Part shown: positions 28,685 through 32,000 of the stretch, one piece after another
How the letters are laid out: each line of letters starts with the position of its first letter
How positions within the stretch are numbered: position 1 is the stretch's first letter
DNA from: Pseudomonas aeruginosa
GTDB lineage: Bacteria > Pseudomonadota > Gammaproteobacteria > Pseudomonadales > Pseudomonadaceae
Length of the DNA stretch: 32,000 bases
Assembly: GCF_001457615.1 (NCBI RefSeq)
Contig: NZ_LN831024.1
Span: 1,230,001-1,262,000, forward strand
Direction: 5' to 3'
Translations under genes and position numbers: made by a program
The notes under the pieces: model-generated
The model's database searches: none
The model's input: only the letters and a program-made list of their open reading frames with translations
Told to the model about the DNA's origin: nothing

Positions 28685-30262
28685 ATGTCCCAAGACATTC
28701 ACGCCCACCGTATCCTGATCCTCGATTTCGGCTCCCAGTACACCCAACTGATCGCTCGCCGCGTGCGCGAGATCGGCGTGTATTGCGAAATCCATCCCTT
28801 CGACATGAGCAACGAGGCGATCATCGCCTTCGCGCCGCGCGGCATCATCCTCGCCGGTGGCCCCGAGTCGGTACACGAAGCCGACAGCCCGCGCGCGCCG
28901 CAGGCGGTGTTCGACCTGAAGGTGCCGCTGTTCGGCATCTGCTACGGCATGCAGACCATGGCCGAGCAGATGGGCGGCAAGGTGCAGGGCTCCGACCTGC
29001 GCGAGTTCGGCTACGCCCGCGTCGACGTGGTCGGCAAGGCGCGCCTGCTGGACGGCATCGAGGACCACGTGGACGACGACGGCGTGCTCGGCCTCGACGT
29101 GTGGATGAGCCACGGCGACAAGGTCACCGAGATGCCGGCCGGCTTCCACATCCTGGCCAGCACCCCGAGCTGCCCGATCGCCGCCATGGCCGACGATGCC
29201 CGCGCCTACTACGGCGTGCAATTCCACCCGGAAGTCACCCACACCAAGCAGGGCCTGCGCATTCTCTCGCGCTTCGTCCTCGACATCTGCGGTTGCGCCG
29301 CGCTGTGGACCCCCTCGAACATCGTCGACGACGCCATCGCCACCGTGCGCGCCCAGGTCGGTTCCTCCAAGGTCCTGCTAGGCCTCTCCGGCGGCGTGGA
29401 CTCCTCGGTGGTCGCCGCGCTGTTGCACAAGGCCATCGGCGACCAACTGACCTGCGTGTTCGTCGACAACGGCCTGCTGCGCCTGCACGAAGGCGACCAG
29501 GTGATGGCCATGTTCGCCGAGAACATGGGCGTGAAGGTGATCCGCGCCAACGCCGAGGACAAGTTCCTCGGCCGCCTGGCCGGCGTCGCCGACCCGGAAG
29601 AGAAGCGCAAGATCATCGGCCGCACCTTCATCGAAGTCTTCGACGAAGAAGCCACCAAGCTGCAGGACGTGAAGTTCCTCGCCCAGGGCACCATCTACCC
29701 CGACGTGATCGAGTCGGCCGGCGCCAAGACCGGCAAGGCCCACGTGATCAAGTCGCACCACAACGTCGGCGGCCTGCCGGAGGACATGCAGTTCGAACTG
29801 GTCGAGCCGCTGCGCGAACTGTTCAAGGACGAAGTGCGCAAGATCGGCCTGGAGCTGGGCCTGCCCTACGACATGGTCTACCGCCACCCGTTCCCCGGCC
29901 CGGGCCTGGGCGTGCGCATCCTCGGCGAGGTGAAGAAGGAGTACGCCGACCTGCTGCGCCAGGCCGACCACATCTTCATCGAGGAACTGCGCGCCTTCGA
30001 CTGGTACCACAAGACCAGCCAGGCGTTCGTGGTGTTCCAGCCAGTGAAATCGGTCGGCGTGGTCGGCGACGGCCGTCGCTACGCCTGGGTCGTCGCCCTG
30101 CGCGCGGTGGAGACCATCGACTTCATGACCGCGCGCTGGGCGCACCTGCCCTACGAACTGCTGGAGAAGGTCTCGAACCGCATCATCAACGAGATTGCCG
30201 GTATCTCCCGGGTCACCTACGACGTGTCGAGCAAGCCGCCGGCGACTATCGAGTGGGAGTGA
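28685..30262 (+). CDS. guaA: GMP synthase (glutamine-hydrolysing)
   Basis: [31 protein letters not shown]...; [14 protein letters not shown]; [20 protein letters not shown]; ends IEWE. In-frame ATG also at 28679. Confidence 0.98.
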
Positions 30263-30290
30263 AGCCACTTCTTCCCTGGTGATTCATCCG

Positions 30291-30321
30291 AAAGACAACG
30301 GCCGTAAGGCCGTTGTCTTTT
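30291..30321 (+). terminator. Rho-independent terminator of guaBA
   Basis: AAAGACAACGGCC-GTAA-GGCCGTTGTCTTTT, 13-bp stem beginning 28 bp after the guaA stop. Confidence 0.93.
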
Positions 30322-30417
30322 ATGGCTCCGCCAAATGATGTCTGTATAGCGTTGGCTGGTGGTCCGGCAACTGTTTAACGGCCGTTTTACGGTTGAATCG
30401 GCCCGTCGATCATGAGA

Positions 30418-30423
30418 TATACT
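30418..30423 (+). promoter_or_regulatory. Possible -10 element upstream of the accessory ORF
   Basis: TATACT preceded by a TTGAAT (30393-30398) at suboptimal 19-nt spacing, in lower-GC DNA. Confidence 0.3.
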
Positions 30424-30548
30424 GCTTCGCTTTAATGATGCTTTGCTAATTGTCATGGCAGCTTTTCAGTGAAAAGTGTCGGTTTCTCGGGGCTGTCGAA
30501 ATTTCGCAGCATTTTTGGGGTTTCATTGTTTCAGAGGCGAGTTTCGGG

Positions 30549-32000
30549 ATGAAAATAAAGGCCGCGTTGATTGTTGATGATCTTTCATTGAGTGAGTGGC
30601 AAAAGCGGGCGATTGAAGACTCTTCTGAGTATCTTGATATTCAATTGGTTCTCAGTTGTCGTAATAGCGCGACCAAGAAAAGTGTCATCAAGCATTGCGG
30701 GTATTATTTTCTCAATATTCTTTCCCTGAAGAATGATATGACTCGTCGAGTGCAGTTAGACTCTCGTGGCTCAGAAGTCATTCATTTCGATTCTGATTAC
30801 GAAGGGGCCTGGCAGCGCATCCCGGAAGATGTCTGCGCCCGAATTCTGGATAAGGGAATAAAGCTGGTCATCAAGTTTGGCATGTCTCTGCTCCGCATCG
30901 ATGGAGGATTGCAGAGGCTGGACATTCTTTCCTACCACCATGGCGATCCAGAGTACTACAGGGGGCGGCCCGCGGGCTTTTATGAGATCTATGAAAATGC
31001 AGACAGCGTCGGGATCATAGTCCAGAAGCTCTCCAACAAACTGGACGCCGGCGAGGTCTTGGTGCGCGGGTACTCCAAGGTTCATCACCACTCCTACAAG
31101 AAAACCTCAAGAAACTTTTATCTGAATTCGGTCGTGCTGCTTCGCAAGGCGCTTGTCAATTACTCTCGGGGAGAGCAGGTGGTATTAGAAAAGCTGGGCA
31201 AAAACTACCGTCTGCCCAGCAATTTCACCGTCTTCAAGTTTTTCTGCAAGACTATCTTCCGGGGGCTTGCCCGGCTATCGTACGGGGCGTTTTTCGAAAA
31301 AAAATGGAATGTCGTTGCGCTTCCTTACAACGATATTCCTTCGTTGCAAGAATTGTCCGTCTCAGCAGGAAAGATTCCGAAGGTGGAGAAGGGGTATACT
31401 TTCTACGCCGATCCTTTCTTTAGTGCGGACGGTAAGCTGATACGTCTCGAAGCCTTGAATGCTAGCAACGGTCTGGGTGAAATCATTGAATTGAAGGCCC
31501 AGAGTCTTGACTTTTCACGTGTGATCTTGAAGGGGAATCATTTTTCCTATCCCTATTCGTTCGAGGCGTCTGGTGTCGAATATCTGATACCGGAAGTCGC
31601 CTCTCATTCCGCTCCCTGTCTTCTGCCTCCTCCTTTCGCTCTGGAGAGCAAGAAGCTATTCCAGGGAATGGAGGGTGAGCGGATTCTGGATGGCACGCTT
31701 TTCGAACACGGGGGCAGGTACTACCTGTTCTGCGGCCAGGCGGTATCAGGTTCGGACAACCTTTATCTTTATGTCGGCGAGAGCCTGGAAGGACCCTACA
31801 CTTCCCATCCCTGTAACCCTGTGGTGATGAATCCCGGCTCCGCACGAATGGGCGGGCGTATCTTCAAGGAGGGAGGAAAGCTTTACCGGTTCGGTCAGAA
31901 CAACTCCTATGGTTATGGAAGCAGTCTGGCCGTAAACGAAATCGAGGTGCTCGATCCAGAGCATTATTCGGAGAAGCGTGTAGCAAACCTGGCGTTCCAG
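30549..32000 (+). CDS. Two-domain protein: formyltransferase-like N-terminal region plus GINT1-like / GH43-like beta-propeller C-terminal region (partial, runs off window)
   Basis: 484 uninterrupted codons: MKIKAALIVDDLSLSEWQKRAIEDS...LVIKFGMSLLRI...LDILSYHHGDPEYYRGRPAGFYEIYENADSVGIIVQKLSNKLDAGEVLVRG (formyltransferase-like), then YTFYADPFF...YPYSFEASGVEYLIPEVASHSAP...LDGTLFEHGGRYYLFCG...LYLYVGESLEGPYTSHPCNPVVMNPGSARMGGRIFKEGGKLYRFGQNN. Missing from the supplied track, apparently because there is no stop in the window. Confidence 0.85.
   Translation, partial: MKIKAALIVDDLSLSEWQKRAIEDSSEYLDIQLVLSCRNSATKKSVIKHCGYYFLNILSLKNDMTRRVQLDSRGSEVIHFDSDYEGAWQRIPEDVCARILDKGIKLVIKFGMSLLRIDGGLQRLDILSYHHGDPEYYRGRPAGFYEIYENADSVGIIVQKLSNKLDAGEVLVRGYSKVHHHSYKKTSRNFYLNSVVLLRKALVNYSRGEQVVLEKLGKNYRLPSNFTVFKFFCKTIFRGLARLSYGAFFEKKWNVVALPYNDIPSLQELSVSAGKIPKVEKGYTFYADPFFSADGKLIRLEALNASNGLGEIIELKAQSLDFSRVILKGNHFSYPYSFEASGVEYLIPEVASHSAPCLLPPPFALESKKLFQGMEGERILDGTLFEHGGRYYLFCGQAVSGSDNLYLYVGESLEGPYTSHPCNPVVMNPGSARMGGRIFKEGGKLYRFGQNNSYGYGSSLAVNEIEVLDPEHYSEKRVANLAFQ

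Noticed and set aside
28621-30282. 553-aa + strand ORF overlapping guaA
   Set aside because: Out-of-frame Arg/Pro-rich translation over guaA; guaA itself is unambiguous in its own frame.
30771-31964. Three short - strand ORFs (30771..31091, 31483..31845, 31746..31964) downstream of guaA
   Set aside because: All lie antisense to the continuous + strand reading frame 30549..32000, which has far better coding and domain support.

Overview
This window reads as a high-GC Pseudomonas aeruginosa-type chromosomal segment, followed by about 1.7 kb of visibly lower-GC accessory-looking DNA. Identities come from recalled protein motifs and families; no database search was run. Left to right: nitrilase/omega-amidase 3' end; YidB/DUF937 protein; aldo/keto reductase (-); two small hypothetical genes; leuA (-) with a candidate Leu-containing leader peptide; a copper-related block (Met/His-rich DUF2946 protein, OprC-like TonB receptor, PepSY membrane protein with a Met/His-rich insert, DUF4345 protein, M23 peptidase, second DUF2946 protein, PCu(A)C chaperone, hypothetical gene); a divergent isochorismatase-like hydrolase and GlxA/AraC regulator; a LysR-DctP-DctQ-DctM-VanX-like dipeptidase group (-); xseA (-); a divergent LysR/TauE-SafE pair; a LuxR regulator, outer membrane channel, MFS transporter and HDAC-like deacylase group (-); guaB-guaA (+). 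Downstream of guaA, past a strong intrinsic terminator, a long open reading frame (30549 to the window end) is missing from the supplied ORF track, apparently because it has no stop inside the window. It encodes an N-terminal formyltransferase-like region joined to a C-terminal region resembling a five-bladed beta-propeller/GINT1-like domain. This is the most novel-looking element. No CRISPR array, rRNA, tRNA, integrase or transposase was recognised.
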